Positions 1 to 16,731 are shown, counted from the first letter of the stretch. The stretch: 64,000 nt of DNA from Eledone cirrhosa (GCA_964016885.1 OZ024740.1:92132001-92196000); one strand, 5' to 3'. Numbers and translations are program-made. Notes: generated by a model from the letters alone, not told the origin.

Positions 1-818
1 CCGATAAAGTCTTTGCTACATGGCTATGAAAAAATATGTACGAAGCCTGTAGAGTACACGATTGCAGAGTGCAGCTGATCTAATATTCACACTTCTTTGA
101 GAACATTTCTAAGTATCTCTAAGAGTCGTATGCTTGCTTCGCAGGTTCTCGAAAATGCATATTACTACGTTCCAATAGACAGATTCTTATTTCCCTAATG
201 TTTCTAGTGGAATGCTGCAATATATATCTGTGCATAAATGTTACTAAATTGGAACCAGTCAATGTGGGAGTTTATTTCCTCTTCTTCCTGAACTTAATTA
301 ACATGTGCTGTTGGAAGATGTATCAGAAGTGGTGGGTGTAAGATTAGTCAGCAAGGATTTACAAATGACAAGGACTTACTTAATTCACCAGAGGTTAATC
401 TGAAATATGCACTTCAAATGTTGATCCCCAATTCTGCTCGACTAGAACAGAAATCAGTACTGCAAATACTGAGACACTCTTCCTTTCAAGGATGGCTTCA
501 CAATGCAACCTACATTAGATTAGAATTTCACTGAAAGAGGTGGAGTTATTCACGTATCTCATGGCAATTTTCAAGGCTGATGGAATTCAGGACGCTGATT
601 TCAGAAGTTGGTACAATAATTCACCAGCTTCAACATTCGGCATTCAATTAGGTTTCTTGGATAATGACCGATAGAATACGATACCGAATACAAGCACCCG
701 AAATAGGATTCGACAGAAACATGTTAATTGCATAACGTGAAGATGAATGAATCTCTCCTGACAGTGACTTTACATTTGAAGTGACAGATCACTGCTTCAA
801 TATTATGGAGTCGTGGCA

Positions 819-1043
819 GGAAAGTTTGAGTAAGAAATCGCTAGACATATTTTACGGGAAAAAATGACCAAGGAGAGACCCCTCCAATTCTAAAGATTAG
901 CGGCCGTCATATAGATGCAAGTACATCTTTAAAGGAAAGTTTGAGTACGAACTCGCTAGACATTTTTTTTACGGGAAAAAACCAGTAAGGAAAAACCACT
1001 CAAATTCTAAAGAGTAGTGGCCGTCATATAGATGTAAGTACAT
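819..1043. repeat. Diverged tandem duplication, ~115 bp x2
   Basis: ggaaagtttgagta...ggccgtcatatagatg.aagtacat occurs at ~819 and ~934. Confidence 0.75.
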
Positions 1044-1223
1044 ATTTATGTAATTATTTTTGTATTATCGATCACAATACCTGAAAGGCTACGTGGCGGA
1101 AAAAGGCAAAACCCACACGTACCCACACATAAACACACGCGGGCGAACACGGAATATAATTGTGTTTCAAACTGAATCTTCTTTTTCCACGATGGCCATC
1201 GGTTACTATTACTACTGTATAAA

Positions 1224-1276
<53 letters not shown>

Positions 1277-1329
1277 ATTTAAAAGTTCACTATTCACAAG
1301 TGTTTTTTAAGCTTCATATCATGTATCCC

Positions 1330-1400
1330 TATTTTATCTGATGAGAACGCAGATATCATCCCATGATGATATTTGTTTTTGAAATGCGCATAATAAAATA
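1330..1400 (+). ncRNA. Type I hammerhead ribozyme (family G; single arm ~1272-1440)
   Basis: tattttat-CTGATGA-16 bp stem II-GAAA-tgcgca-TA-ataaaata; homologous to 54510 and 56256 copies. Confidence 0.85.
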
Positions 1401-1784
1401 CTTGGAACTCTTTTAACCATCTTTTGATCTTATGTTGTATATATAGAGAAAAAAAAAACCACCACACCACAGACATGTTTAATCCCTATATATAGAACAA
1501 CACACCATATACACATCATTTTGACAAGCGCACCTCAGCGTTAAAGGTCTTTCTAAAAACGAAACAATACCTCCTACATTAACCAAGAACTCCTAAGACC
1601 TAACCAACAACCAACAACTTAATTTACCAAACAAATTTTTTTAAGATGAATTTTTTCTAATCCGGAAAAATATTATTGTTGGATTTTGTGAAGAAAATAA
1701 ATTTGTTGAAAGCACAGAGTGAAGCCATTTTTTTCTTGCTCCCTGTCTTAATATACCTAACTGTACCAAGGATTACACACATTT

Positions 1785-2930
<1,146 letters not shown>

Positions 2931-2932
2931 TA

Positions 2933-2983
<51 letters not shown>

Positions 2984-2985
<2 letters not shown>

Positions 2986-3034
2986 CTTCCTGAAGATTTC
3001 ATCTGAATGAAACAGTACTAGTCCTGTAGAAGCT
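2984..3034 (+). ncRNA. Hammerhead (family K; fragment 2981-3122)
   Basis: agcttc-CTGAAGA-t ttca tc tgaa t-GAAA-cag..ctg-TA-gaagct; related copies at 13480-13618 and 16862-17056. Confidence 0.75.
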
Positions 3035-3134
3035 CCTTCTATACAATAAATATATTTTACTATGCCATGTATTGAGTACCGTACTTACTGTGGTTATCCC
3101 CGACTCAACCCGGGACCTACGTATATATATATAT

Positions 3135-3898
3135 TTGATTTGCAAAGCTGTCTAAACGTATTGTTGTAACTCTGGGTATTATTCTCCATCGAGTGCTAAG
3201 CTGCATTCCGAATCTGCATTCGTTAGCTTAGCCGCAGTCAAAAGCTTCGTTAATGCTGTACTAAAATTTGTATTTTTAACTCCTAGAATAAACGATTAAC
3301 TGATTAATTTAATTAGACAATTCTCTTGATTGATTAATTGTTTATGTTTGTTTGATAACTCTGATTGAGTGCTTAATTCGGTTTATCTAAGGGAATGTCA
3401 TTCCTTTGTCCCAAATTTCGAATTACCCCCCCCCTTTGAGAAAACCACGTGTCGATAGCGAACATTACTGCTAGAAGCCCCCCCCCCACGAGGCTATAGA
3501 TCGCAAGACTTGTTGACGAAGTAAATCCTTTGTTCTGTCGTCAAAGGCCGTTAACATGCAGACCCCTGCAAGCGGAATTATTCGATCTCGTATTTACAGG
3601 AACCTAGCGTGGATGTTGTATGTTATATGTGATGTATATTGTATGCTATACGTTATGCGTTATGTGTTGCATTCGATGTCCACGTCCAGGTCAGTCAAAA
3701 TCTTTTCCTTAGTTCAGTTTTTTTCGTTGGTATGGCAATGCGGCTGGACTGACGCTCGCTATATTTGATTTGCAAAGCTGTCTAAACGTATTGTTAAAAC
3801 TCTGGGGTTTATTCTCCATCGAATGAGAAGCTGCATTCCGAATCTGCATTCGTTAGCTTAGCCGCAGCCAAAAGCTTCGTTAATTCTGTACTAAAATG

Positions 3899-3900
<2 letters not shown>
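3135..3900. repeat. Unclassified element with ~140 bp direct terminal repeats
   Basis: ttgatttgcaaagctgtctaaacg...ctgtactaaaat at ~3135-3270 and ~3764-3900, TA-flanked. Confidence 0.7.
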
Positions 3901-3929
<29 letters not shown>

Positions 3930-4270
3930 GAGTGTGTGTGTTTGTGTGTATCTGTGTCTGTGTGCGCGTGTGTGTGTGAAGTATAATCGAAATGCAATGC
4001 ATAGTTTTCGACATCCAATATATAACATGGAAGCATGAAAGGGGTTTGAAAACGTAGACATATTAAAATAATATATATTTGCTTTATCACAATAGCATAT
4101 CAATTCTCAGTATATGTTACAGCACACATCATTATAATATGATATATATCGAAAATGAAAAACTGACCCGCTGCAACTTCGTCGCATATTACTCTGATCG
4201 TAAATAGACCTCGTAGTCATACGCACACATACACACACAGACACAGACACAAACAAACATTCACAAACAT

Positions 4271-4353
<83 letters not shown>

Positions 4354-4357
4354 CACA

Positions 4358-4482
<125 letters not shown>

Positions 4483-4489
4483 ATATATT

Positions 4490-5049
4490 TACTAAAATAA
4501 CAGATTAAAGTTTGAGCAAAGAGTCGCTGCTTTCATCCTTAACAGGATCTTCTGCAGCTAAAAATAATAATCTGTGAACGCAGAAGTTAATATTTGGAAA
4601 AACGTTGCAACCGAAGGAAGATAGGAAGACGATACTTTGGTTCGTGGAAACGTTCCCTAGCAAAGAACGAAAAAGAAAGGAAGATAATGCGTCATTATGT
4701 GGTGCGCTGAGAACAATTACACGCCAAGACAAAACCACATTAATGGTATAACTGAGAGTCGTAGACTAAAATTCTCTTTAGGAAAGCGAATGATTCTCGG
4801 CTTCAGAGTTAAGAATAATGTAAATAAATTACAGAGGTAATTGAAATCAACAAAAATTAAATATATACATGCACGCATCCATATACATACATACACATGC
4901 ATACGCGAAAACACCCACCATGGGAAAGCAAATACAAGCACGTACACAAAAAAACGCACGCACAAACATAACCCACGCGACGCCCACATAGGAACGTACC
5001 CGCACACATATGAACGTATACAGCACGTACACATAAAAATATATATAAA

Positions 5050-5089
<40 letters not shown>

Positions 5090-6550
5090 ATACACATATG
5101 TTTGCTAAACAACGTCAAACAAAAAACAAAGTACACATATACACACACGCTACATACGTACGAACCCGCATACTCACATAGACGCAAACCCCACGTAAAC
5201 ACATAACTATATGCACATGTAACAGTACATATCATATAATATAATATATACGCATATAACATATACAAGCAAATATACGTACGAGAAAGTATACGTACAT
5301 TCATAAAAGATACAGGTAAAATATACTTACTTATACAAATATGTAATGGTATAAACATAACATATACTTAGCTACCACACCAAGACGTAAAATATCCGTC
5401 TATAGTTCGTACTATCCGATAGGGTATTATGTGGGACTGTAATACAGGAAGGTTTTGTACAATTTATGTTTACAAGCCGAAATTGCCTCAGACTATTGTT
5501 TAAGATGTGGTCTATGGCGTAGAGTATTTCCAGAGCTTCAGCGTCGCAGAGGTCGCATGGTGTTTTATTTCCGTTATACGATCTAGCCTGAGCTAGGATC
5601 TCCCAGTGTAAATTATATTGGGTGGGGTTGTCTTTTAGACTCCAGATATAAGTTGAAAGTGACGCCATATTCCTTCTTAAAGAGTTAAGAAAAGAATGCG
5701 TATGCATGTAAAGACGCTGCTTGAATCTATTTTTACTAGACAATGTTATTAGAGAGGCTTTTCCCAGATAGAGGGCAGTCAACCCTATTCCTACAATTAC
5801 AGTTAGTACTAGCTGCAGGGCTGCACGTGTTCCTACGGTTAGGTAATTTAGCTAAATTTGAAGCTGTGATGTTATGTGCAAGGTTAGGAGTTGTAGAGTA
5901 AGAAATGTTAATGGTATTTCTATGTACGTATATGGATACGTGCATGTATATATTTAATTATTGTTGATTTCAGTTACCTCTGTAATATACTTACATTATT
6001 CTTAACTCCGAATCCGATAATCATTCTGTTTCCTAAATAAAATTTTAGTCTGCGACTTCAGTTATTCCATATACGTGGTTTTGTCTTAACGTGTAATTGT
6101 CCCCAGTTCTCCACATCATGACGTATTATCTTCGTTTTTTCCGTTCATTGCCACAGATCGTCTCCACGAACCACCTAATAGAATGTTAGTTTATGACTTC
6201 ATTTATACCATAAACGTGGTTTTGTCTTTGCGTGGCTTTGTCTTTACGATTAATGACGTATATCTTCGTTTTTTTTCTGTTCTTTTTCAGCTAACGTTTC
6301 CACGAAGCAAAGTATCATCCTCCTGTCTTCCTTCGGTTGCAAGATTTTTCGAAATATTTACTTCTGCGTTCACAGATTGATATTTTTAGTTTCAGAAGAT
6401 CCCGTTAAGGCTGAAAGCAAATATTCTTGGCTTAAATTTTAATTTGTTATTTTAATAAATATTTACTCGACGGTTCTTATATATTTGATATATATTTATC
6501 CTTATCGAGACCTCTTTGGATTTTATTCTTCAAATGAATTATTATTACTA
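4490..6550. mobile_element. PLE family A (Hydra-clade-like), tail-out inverted copy; HHR motifs 4509-4559 (-) and 6388-6438 (+)
   Basis: Minus arm 4490-~5930 includes an endonuclease remnant; plus arm ~5920-6550 mirrors its 3' end; (TA)n flanks. Confidence 0.85.
5400..5920 (-). pseudogene. PLE linker + GIY-YIG endonuclease remnant
   Basis: NTINISYSTTPNL..CNCRNRVDCPLSG, then frameshift to FKQRLYMH..SLSTYIWSLKD..WEIL..CDLCDAEALEI. Confidence 0.85.
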
Positions 6551-6596
6551 AATATATATATATATGTATGTGTATATATATATATGTATATGTATG

Positions 6597-6659
<63 letters not shown>

Positions 6660-6879
6660 TTTCTGAATTTGTTTAGCAAGATTCTTTATCTGAAATCGTG
6701 TGTTGAAACCGATATTGTTATACTTTGGGAGGGTCATGTTGCCAATAAGAAACACACGCACCAGTTGCTTTCACTTCAATTTATTATTTATTTATAAATT
6801 TATAAATTTACAAATCTACAAACTTATAAAATTCTGGTTGGTTGGTTGGTTACACAACCAGATAGTTGTTTATATATAT

Positions 6880-6924
6880 AGTCATAGTCATTTCGTCACA
6901 CACTCTGTGACCTCTTCAGTGACT
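6880..6924 (-). ncRNA. Minimal hammerhead in PLE terminal repeat
   Basis: agtca-CTGAAGA-g gtcaca..tgtgac-GAAA-tgac-TA-tgact. Confidence 0.8.
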
Positions 6925-7254
6925 GGGGATTCCTTTCTTCGTTTCTGTGCCTTTTCTTTCTTCTATCCTACGCCATTTTGTTTCTGTGTGTGTGTTGTGT
7001 GCTCAGTTTGCGCATGTGCCACATCCGGGTGTCTGTGTGTGTTTCTGTTCATGTTTCTATTTGTTTATTTATTTATTGTTGGTTGGTTGTTTGTTCTATG
7101 TGTGTGTGTGTTTACATTTTGTCCTGTGTGTGTTTACATTTTGTCCTGTGTGTGTTTTCATTTTGTGTGTGTTTTCAATTGTGTGTTTTCAATTTGTGTG
7201 TGTTTTCAATTGTAAGTTGTTTGTTCTATGTGTGTGTGTGTCTTTATTTTGTCC

Positions 7255-8900
7255 TTAATTGTAAGTTGTGATGTTGCTGTTCCACTCATATTTTCTATTT
7301 AATTTTGGTTTTAATTCTTTTATGCTTACTGCCTCTGTAATTTGCCTAAACATTGCGTCTTTTCTGTGCGTGGATTCTATTTTTATTTCTATGCTCTCTA
7401 ATCTACCCCTGTGTTCTATCTTAGCATGTTGGTAGAGCACAGATGATTCTTTATTATCTTGGAGGTCTCGCCAGTGTTCATTTATTCGTTCCCTATACTA
7501 CGAGCTGTCTCACCTATGTACACTATATTTTTGTTTCTACATTGTCCTTCAGTACATCTTATGCTATACACTACATTTCTAGTTTTACAGTTAATATGGG
7601 GGCTTACTTTACAGGTTATACATTTCTTATCTATACATGAGGGTCTTTGGAACGGGTATGTCTTGCTAATAAGTGTTTTTACGGAGGTACCAGCTCTTTC
7701 TACTATCTTAATATTGAGGTTATGTTTATTTAGGGCCCTTCTAAATTTGTAGGCTAGTTCGCCTCTAGGGGTTGTATTGATGAACATTACACTCTGGTAT
7801 TTATTGCTATCATACCATGAGTTTATTTTATTGGCCTTGTTCCTAGTTCTTTCTATTCTATTCCAAAATTTGCTCCTTACAAGGGGCAGGTCCCATTTAT
7901 GTCATTATTTACCATTTTTTCCCATTTGGTTCTGGCTCCTTTATACACTCTGATTCTATCTCTCTGATTGTAGCCAGAGAACTGCATACGGTGGATGAAG
8001 TGTTGTATGTGTCTCTCTAGTTCTTCGGGGTTGCACTTGCGGGACACATTTCTCATCACCCGTACCAAATCCACAATCAGTATGTTGATTTTGGTATGGT
8101 CCGAAATGGCCGAGTTTCGGTGGATCAGATGTTTGGAAGTCATTGGTTTGGCATAATGGAAATGGAGGATTTGTTTTTGGTTGTTAATGGTATCTAACCA
8201 GAGCTCTGTGTCTAGTACAGGTAATCGATGGTTGGGGTGTCTACTTGGGTAGTCTATAGTAACTCTAATGCTCCGGTGGATGGAGTTTGCTATTTGCTGG
8301 ATGCTTTCCATTGTGTTTTTCTCTAGTTCCTGACTATTCTTTAGTGGGGGTGTCTTAACTACGATGTTTATATCATCTACGTATCGGGAGTACATTATCA
8401 GGGTTAAGCTGTCTTCTAATTGTTCATTAAGTTTTTGTTTAAGTCTACTGTCCCACCATACCATGAATAAGTTAGCTATGTCGCCTGCAATGCTCACACC
8501 AATGACTGCTCCTTCCTCTTGGGCATATGTTTTACCATTAAATTTGAACATATGTTCCTTAAGGATTAATTTTATGCTGGCCCCTACCGCATGTGCAATC
8601 ATTTTCTTCAGTTCATCGTGGTTTTCGGGTGTCCGTATGGCTCTGGTCCACCCGTTCCATCTATCTGTGTGGGTTTTCTTGGCCATTGAGGTAATGGTAG
8701 GTGGTCTGCCTCTTGCTGGTCTTGTAGGGCACAGGTTGCTAAGGTCATAAGTGTCTAGGTAACTATTACTATGGGTAAGCTTAAGTAGAAGTCCCAGCTC
8801 ACTGGTATCAATCCCACGGAACTCAACCTTGCTCTCGCTGATCATTTCTACGCATTTCTCCACAGCAAAATCCACGTCAATAGATGGATACAGCCCCTTG
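7255..8900 (-). pseudogene. PLE reverse transcriptase (from LYPSID onward) + GIY-YIG, frameshifted
   Basis: LYPSID, YAQEEGAVIG..ANLFMVWWD, RYVDD, LPVLD, HYAKPM; frameshifts near 7877 and 7490 relative to the right arm. Confidence 0.92.
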
Positions 8901-9527
8901 TATAGGAGCACATTTTGGAATAGAAGAGAAAGAACTAGGAACAAGGCCAATAAAATAAACTCATGGTATGATAGCAATAAATACCAGAGTGTAATGTTCA
9001 TCAATACAACCCCTAGAGGCGAACTAGCCTACAAATTTAGAAGGGCCCTAAATAAACATAACCTCAATATTAAGATAGTAGAAAGACCTGGTACCTCCGT
9101 AAAAACACTTATTAGCAAGACATACCCGTTCCAAAGACCCTCATGTATAGATAAGAAATGTATAACCTGTAAAATAAGCCCCCATATTAACTGTAAAACT
9201 AGAAATGTAGTGTATAACATAAGATGTACTGAAGGACAATGTAGAAACAAAAATATAGTGTACATAGGTGAGACAGCTCGTAGTATAGGGGAACGAATAA
9301 ATGAACACTGGCGAGACCTCCAAGATAATAAAGAATCATCTGTGCTCTACCAACATGCTAAGATAGAACACAGGGGTAGATTAGAGAGCATAGAAATAAA
9401 AATAGAATCCACGCACAGAAAAGACGCAATGTTTAGGCAAATTACAGAGGCAGTAAGCATAAAAGAATTAAAACCAAAATTAAATAGAAAATATGAGTGG
9501 AACAGCAACATCACAACTTACAATTAA
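8892..9527 (+). pseudogene. PLE Cys-rich linker + GIY-YIG endonuclease, open but 5'-truncated
   Basis: CIDKKCITC..CKTRNVVYNIRC..C..VYIGETARSIGERINEH..HAKIEH..RQITEA..LNRKYEW. Confidence 0.92.
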
Positions 9528-9835
9528 GGACAAAATAAAGACACACACACACATAGAACAAACAACTTACAATTGAAAACACACACAAATTGAAAACACA
9601 CAATTGAAAACACACACAAAATGAAAACACACACAGGACAAAATGTAAACACACACACACATAGAACAAACAACCAACCAACAATAAATAAATAAACAAA
9701 TAGAAAAATGAACACAAACACACACAGACACCCGGATGTGGCACATGCCCAAACTGAGCACACAACACACACACAGAAACAAAATGGCGTAGGATAGAAG
9801 AAAGAAAAGGCACAGAAACGAAGAAAGGAATCACC

Positions 9836-9880
9836 AGTCACTGAAGAGGTCACGGAGTGTGTGACGAAAGGACTATGACT
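9836..9880 (+). ncRNA. Minimal hammerhead in PLE terminal repeat
   Basis: agtca-CTGAAGA-g gtcac..gtgac-GAAA-ggac-TA-tgact. Confidence 0.85.
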
Positions 9881-10040
9881 ATATATATAAACAACTATCT
9901 GGTTGTGGAACCAACCAACAAACCAGAAATTTATAAGTTTGTAGATTTGTAAATTTATAAATGTATAAATATACAATAAATTGAAGTGAAAGCAACTGGT
10001 GCGTGTGTTTCTTATTAGCAACATGACCCTCCCAAAGTAT

Positions 10041-10462
<422 letters not shown>

Positions 10463-10685
10463 ACGGATTAACAAATAATAGTTAAATGCAGTCCACTTAG
10501 GTGAAGTCCAGTTATGGTATTCCAGGTAGTGGATGATATTAACGCTTGGCTTGGTTTGACTCAAAAAGGCGTTTTCATAGTGATGCTGCGGGTATGCTGT
10601 AATTCCTATGTTGTAAACACTTGGAGTAATAATAAATCAGGAAAGAAGGTTTACATGGTTTGCTATACAAAAAAGTTTTTAATCA

Positions 10686-10798
10686 CATAGCTTACATTTG
10701 TTTCACTGAACTGGTCTGTCTAGAGATCGCTATCCGCCTAATTTTGCGTCACTCGATCGCCAATACAGAATTATAACCAGTCAGATCTTCGGTGCATG
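10686..10798 (-). ncRNA. Hammerhead variant (CCGAAGA core, long stem II)
   Basis: Mirror of 12054-12166. Confidence 0.65.
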
Positions 10799-11658
10799 CG
10801 AGAATGAAGAAAATACACAGGCAAGAATAGAAAAGAAAATATGGCGTAGTTATGGCATTCAATTAGAACAATAACAACAACAATTATTACAACAATGCTA
10901 TCAATAAACTATTTAAGGAGACCCTGACATTACTTAGGTGGGGGGTATATAATGTATCTAATGTTACGGCGTGAAAATCAGCTGTCATAAGGCAAAAAGT
11001 ATCGTAGTGTGTATCAATTTTAAATTATAAAGATATGCTAGTTTTTACAGTCCTTCTCTTCATCTTCAACAGTATACATGAGTGGGACCACTGTCAAAGC
11101 TCAATAGTTGTAGAGTTAATACAGAGGTTAACGAATTAATATACGTTAACTGGTCGAAGTTGTCGGCTGCTAAAACCTATAGTACAGGGATGTCCTATTG
11201 CGGGCTGTGTGACCTTGAGCTATTGTATATCCTTAGAAATGTTAAAAGGCTACTTAATAATAAGTTAGAAAGATCTATCTTCTGCAGACGTAGAATAATC
11301 ACTAAATTCATAAGATTCAAACCTCCGTGAATCGAACTAACATAACATAGCTTTAAATTAGGATACCTACTACCCACAGAAATATATTCATTAAGTATAC
11401 TATTTCCTTCACAAGTCTATACCACACAATTGTCTGTAAATACCTCATCTACCAACAATCTTACTCCTTCTCAGCTGCTGCAATCATTTGATCCTAGATC
11501 CTAGTTTTTCTCATTTCACTACTACAATGTTACTTTACCTTCTTTTTGCCATAACTACAATTAGCACGCTTTTCTCTTTGCATGTATGTATATTTTTGTA
11601 CGAGTGTATATTGATGTGTATGTATGTGTCTATGTACACATATATGTGTATATATATT

Positions 11659-11694
<36 letters not shown>

Positions 11695-12053
11695 CGTAGA
11701 TATATGCGTATATTAATTCGTTAACCTCTGTATTAACTCTACAACTATTGAGCTTTGACAGTGGTCCCACTCATGTATACTGTTGAAGATGAAGAGAAGG
11801 ACTGTAAAAACTAGCATATCTTTATAATTTAAAATTGATACACACTACGATACTTTTTGCCTTATGACAGCTGATTTTCACGCCATAACATTAGATACAT
11901 TATATACCCCCCACCTAAGTAATGTCAGGGTCTCCTTAAATAGTTTATTGATAGCATTGTTGTAATAATTGTTGTTCTTATTGTTCTAATTGAATGCCAT
12001 AACTACTCCATATTTTCTTTTCTTTTCTTGCCTGTGTATTTTCTTCATTCTCG

Positions 12054-12166
12054 CATGCTCCGAAGATCTGACTGGTTATAATTCTGTATTGGCGATCGAG
12101 TGACGCACAATTAGGAGGATAGCGATCTCTAGACAGACCAGTTCAGTGAAACAAATGTAAGCTATG
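12054..12166 (+). ncRNA. Hammerhead variant (CCGAAGA core, long stem II)
   Basis: catgct-CCGAAGA-t ctgactggt...accagttcag t-GAAA-caaatg-TA-agctatg. Confidence 0.7.
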
Positions 12167-12218
12167 TGATTAAAAACTTTTTTGTATAGCAAACCATGTA
12201 AACCTTCTTTCCTGATTT

Positions 12219-13045
<827 letters not shown>

Positions 13046-13686
13046 TCTATCGACACCTGTAATGTACCTTAAGAGACATCTGATGATAATGATATGATAG
13101 GCACCCAACATTTTGGACTGGTTTATAGATTTCTCTTGGCCTTTGTCACTCTAAGTAGAACTTCAAAGAATTAGCTTTTAAAGAATTTCCATTTTCCTTA
13201 AATCCATCAACCATGACCGACCCCCAACAATGATACAGACCCCTGAAATATAGACATTGTTAGCTTCAGAGAAACTTAAAAATAAGGCGTGGTACCCCAT
13301 TCTGAACTTGTTTATATAATTATTTCTGCCTTTATCACTCTAAATATAAATTATAGCCTTAATGAATTAGCCTTTACTGACTTCCCTTTTCTTTCAACGA
13401 ATGATATCTACCCATTCCACTCCCCACCCTCTCCTACCACCTGAAAAGATATAAATACCACAACATTTATTTTTGGAAAGCCAGATTCCAGATTATTTCT
13501 AAAGAATGAAACAGTGATGTTCCTGTAGAATCTCATCTATATTAAAACTTGTATATTCTGCTATGTATTGAGTACCTTACTTACTGTGGTTACCTCCAAT
13601 TCAACCCGGAATAACGTATGTATATATATATATATATATTTAAACAATATCTTAATAAATGGAAACTATATTTATAAAACCATATT

Positions 13687-13751
13687 TATTTTATTATACA
13701 TATTTCAAGGGCCAGCAAGCAAATTATGGTGCGCTTTCATCAGATAAAATA
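13687..13751 (-). ncRNA. Hammerhead ribozyme
   Basis: tattttat-CTGATGA-aagcgc..ccctt-GAAA-tatgta-TA-ataaaata. Confidence 0.75.
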
Positions 13752-15549
13752 CAGATTTTTATTATAAATAAATATTGACATACCCGGAAAAAAAAAAAAC
13801 CTTAACGGTTGGAGCTTCCTGGATAGTGGAGATATTACATTTATTGGGGGTGATAGAAAATTATGATTGAGTATGCAAATGAGTGTCCGAAAGGTTGTAA
13901 AGATAACGGTTTATTTAAATTAAACTTTTGCAAGAAGGTAATATGTAAGGGAGAGAGAAAGAAGAAAAAAGTAAAAAAAAGAATAAAGAAATAAGAATGA
14001 TAGGAGAGGAAAGAAAGAACGATTCTATATATTTTGACAGTGAAAATAGCGTGCATGAAGAGAAGAGCGTAAGTAAATTTAACTGAGAGAAGAGAAGAGT
14101 TTCAAAGGATAAATACAGCGTAAGTATATTTACGTGAGGGAAGAAATGAAGAAAAGAAGAAATGAGAATAGCGTGGAAGAAGAATATTTATAATGAAGGA
14201 TTCATTATGTTTTGATTATATATTCTTAATGATAGGTTGAAAAATTAGATTAAAATTAAAAATTAAAATTTAATAATGTTTATGTTAAGGATTATAGATT
14301 ATTTAAATAAATATATACTATTTTACATTAGAGCAAATCTAGTATATTTTTTGTTTTATTAAAAGTTGTAAGCCAAACATTTTAAACATCCAAATAATTC
14401 TAAATTTATGGGAAATTTTCGAGAATTTGCAAAAGAATAATCACTTAGTTATATTATAAAAACAGTAAGAAAGCGTAAAGGAATTTATAAGTGATTTTTA
14501 AAACTTATTTTATGTATGTGGAATTTATTTATATATGTGGAAAAACATATGATTTTTTTATATATATGTGGAGTAACCTATGGTTTATGCTTTAAATATA
14601 TTCTTAAGATAAATTTAAAAAAAAAATGTTTTAACTTTATAGCAAATAAATTTATGACTTCGTATAAAATAACATATGGTTCATGTTTTGAGTATATTCT
14701 TAAGATAGAAAATTTAACTTCTTAACTTTATAGCATTTAATCCTTAGAGTCATCTGAGTTCTTTAAAAAATCACTTCTTATAAAAAACATGAACAAATAA
14801 TCATTTTAAAAAATCACTTATAATTTCCTTTACGCTTCCTTATTGTTTTTATAATGTAACTAAGTGATTATTCTTTTGTAAACACTCGAACATTTTTCCA
14901 TAAATTTAGAATTATTTGGATGTTTAAAATGTTTGACTTACAACTCTTAATAAAACAAACTATACAAGATTTGCTCTAATGTAAAATAATATATATTTAT
15001 TTAAATAATCTATAATCCTTAACATACACATTATTACATTTTAATTTTTACTTTTAATCTAAATTGTCAACCTATCATTACAGTTATTATAATCAAAACA
15101 TAATGAAACCTGCATTATAAATATTCTTCTTCCACGCTATTCTCATTTATTCTTTTCTTCATTTCTTCTCTAACGTAAATATACTTACGCTGTATTTATC
15201 CTTTGAAACTCTTCTCTTCTCTCACTTAAATATACGTACGCTCTTCTCTTCATGCACGCTATTTTCACTGTCAAAATATATAGAATCGTTTTTTCTTTTC
15301 TCTCCTATGTTTCTTATTTCTTTATTCTTTTTTTTCTTTTTTCTCTCTCTCTCACATATTACCTTCTTCCAGCGGTTTAATTTAAATAAACCGTTATCTT
15401 TTCAACGTTTCGGAAACTCATTTGCATACTCAATCATAATTTTCTATCACACCCAATAAATGTAATATCTCCACTATCCAGGAAGCTCCAACCGTTAAGG
15501 TTGTCTTTTTTATCCGTGTATGTCAATATTTATTTATAAAACAAATCTG

Positions 15550-15615
15550 TATTTTATCTGATGAAAGCGCACCATAATTTGCCTTGGTGGCCCATGAAAT
15601 ATGTATAATAAAATA
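15550..15615 (+). ncRNA. Hammerhead ribozyme
   Basis: tattttat-CTGATGA-aagcgcacca..tggtg gcccat-GAAA-tatgta-TA-ataaaata. Confidence 0.75.
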
Positions 15616-15778
15616 AATATGGTTTTATAAATATAGTTTCCATGTTTTTAATACATTGTGTCTTTACTCCACTCCTCTGTTGAGTGCTTTATATCAGTAA
15701 TAAAAAATGTTTAAGATTGTTGAATCACGACAAATTAAATATAACCTCAGCATATATCTATATTTATATATATTTATT

Positions 15779-15895
<117 letters not shown>

Positions 15896-15914
15896 GTATA
15901 TATATATATATACA

Positions 15915-16674
15915 TAAGTATGTATACGTACATACATATATGTACAGAGACTTACAGTAGTATGGATATATATATACATACATGCACACATATATATATA
16001 TGTACGTATGGATTCATCGAACATTTATTATAATGCTCGGTGTGTTTGTAAACAAACATCCCGAATTAAGCCGTACAGTGTCTAGCAACCATCGTTGCTC
16101 AATTGTACAACACTGACAAAGGAACGCTGTGCTAGTTTCAATATACATACTACTGTACGTCTGTATACATATATGTATGTACGTATACATACTTATATTT
16201 AAGTAACAGACGTACTAACAGTGAGACATGAAATTTCGTTACATTTTTTTCCGTTTATCGTTTTCGGTGCGCCCGGCCGATTAACTCACTTGATATGCAA
16301 ATTAGGCGGTTCAGACGTTAATATGCGTAAGGGAAGTTCAATCATCTAGCAGGAAGGTATACGTTGCTGACGATAGCTAATAAGCTTGAAAGAAGTACAG
16401 CGTTCTTTTGTCAGTGTTGAACAAATGAGCAACAATGGTTGCTAGACACTATACGGCTTAATTCGGGATGTTTGCTTACAAACACACCGAGCATTATAAT
16501 AAATATTCGGTGAATCCATACATACATATATATATGTGTGAAATCTATGTATATATATATATATACATACTACTGTACGTCTATATACTTATATGTATGT
16601 ACGTATACATACTTATATTTAAGAAACAGCCGTACTAAGAGTGAGCAATGAAATTTCGTTTCATTTTTTCCGTT

Positions 16675-16676
<2 letters not shown>
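15915..16676. mobile_element. Family C PLE terminal-repeat-only element (inverted + partial tandem); HHR 16361-16403 (+)
   Basis: Same sequence as 25665-26400; acgttg-CTGACGA-t agct aata agct t-GAAA-gaag-TA-cagcgt. Confidence 0.85.

Positions 16677-16731
<55 letters not shown>

Larger units (their letters stand above)
13638..15752. mobile_element. Family G-related non-coding tail-out inverted element, ~860 bp arms
   Basis: 13640-14500 is the reverse complement of 14810-15657; an HHR near each outer end. Confidence 0.85.

Noticed and set aside
1-800. Possible decayed coding sequence
   Set aside because: No ORF of 60 aa or more and no motif I can recognise
8364-8750. 128 aa plus-strand ORF (and similar ORFs at 7459, 9029, 47337, 48322)
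   Set aside because: Antisense shadows of retroelement ORFs
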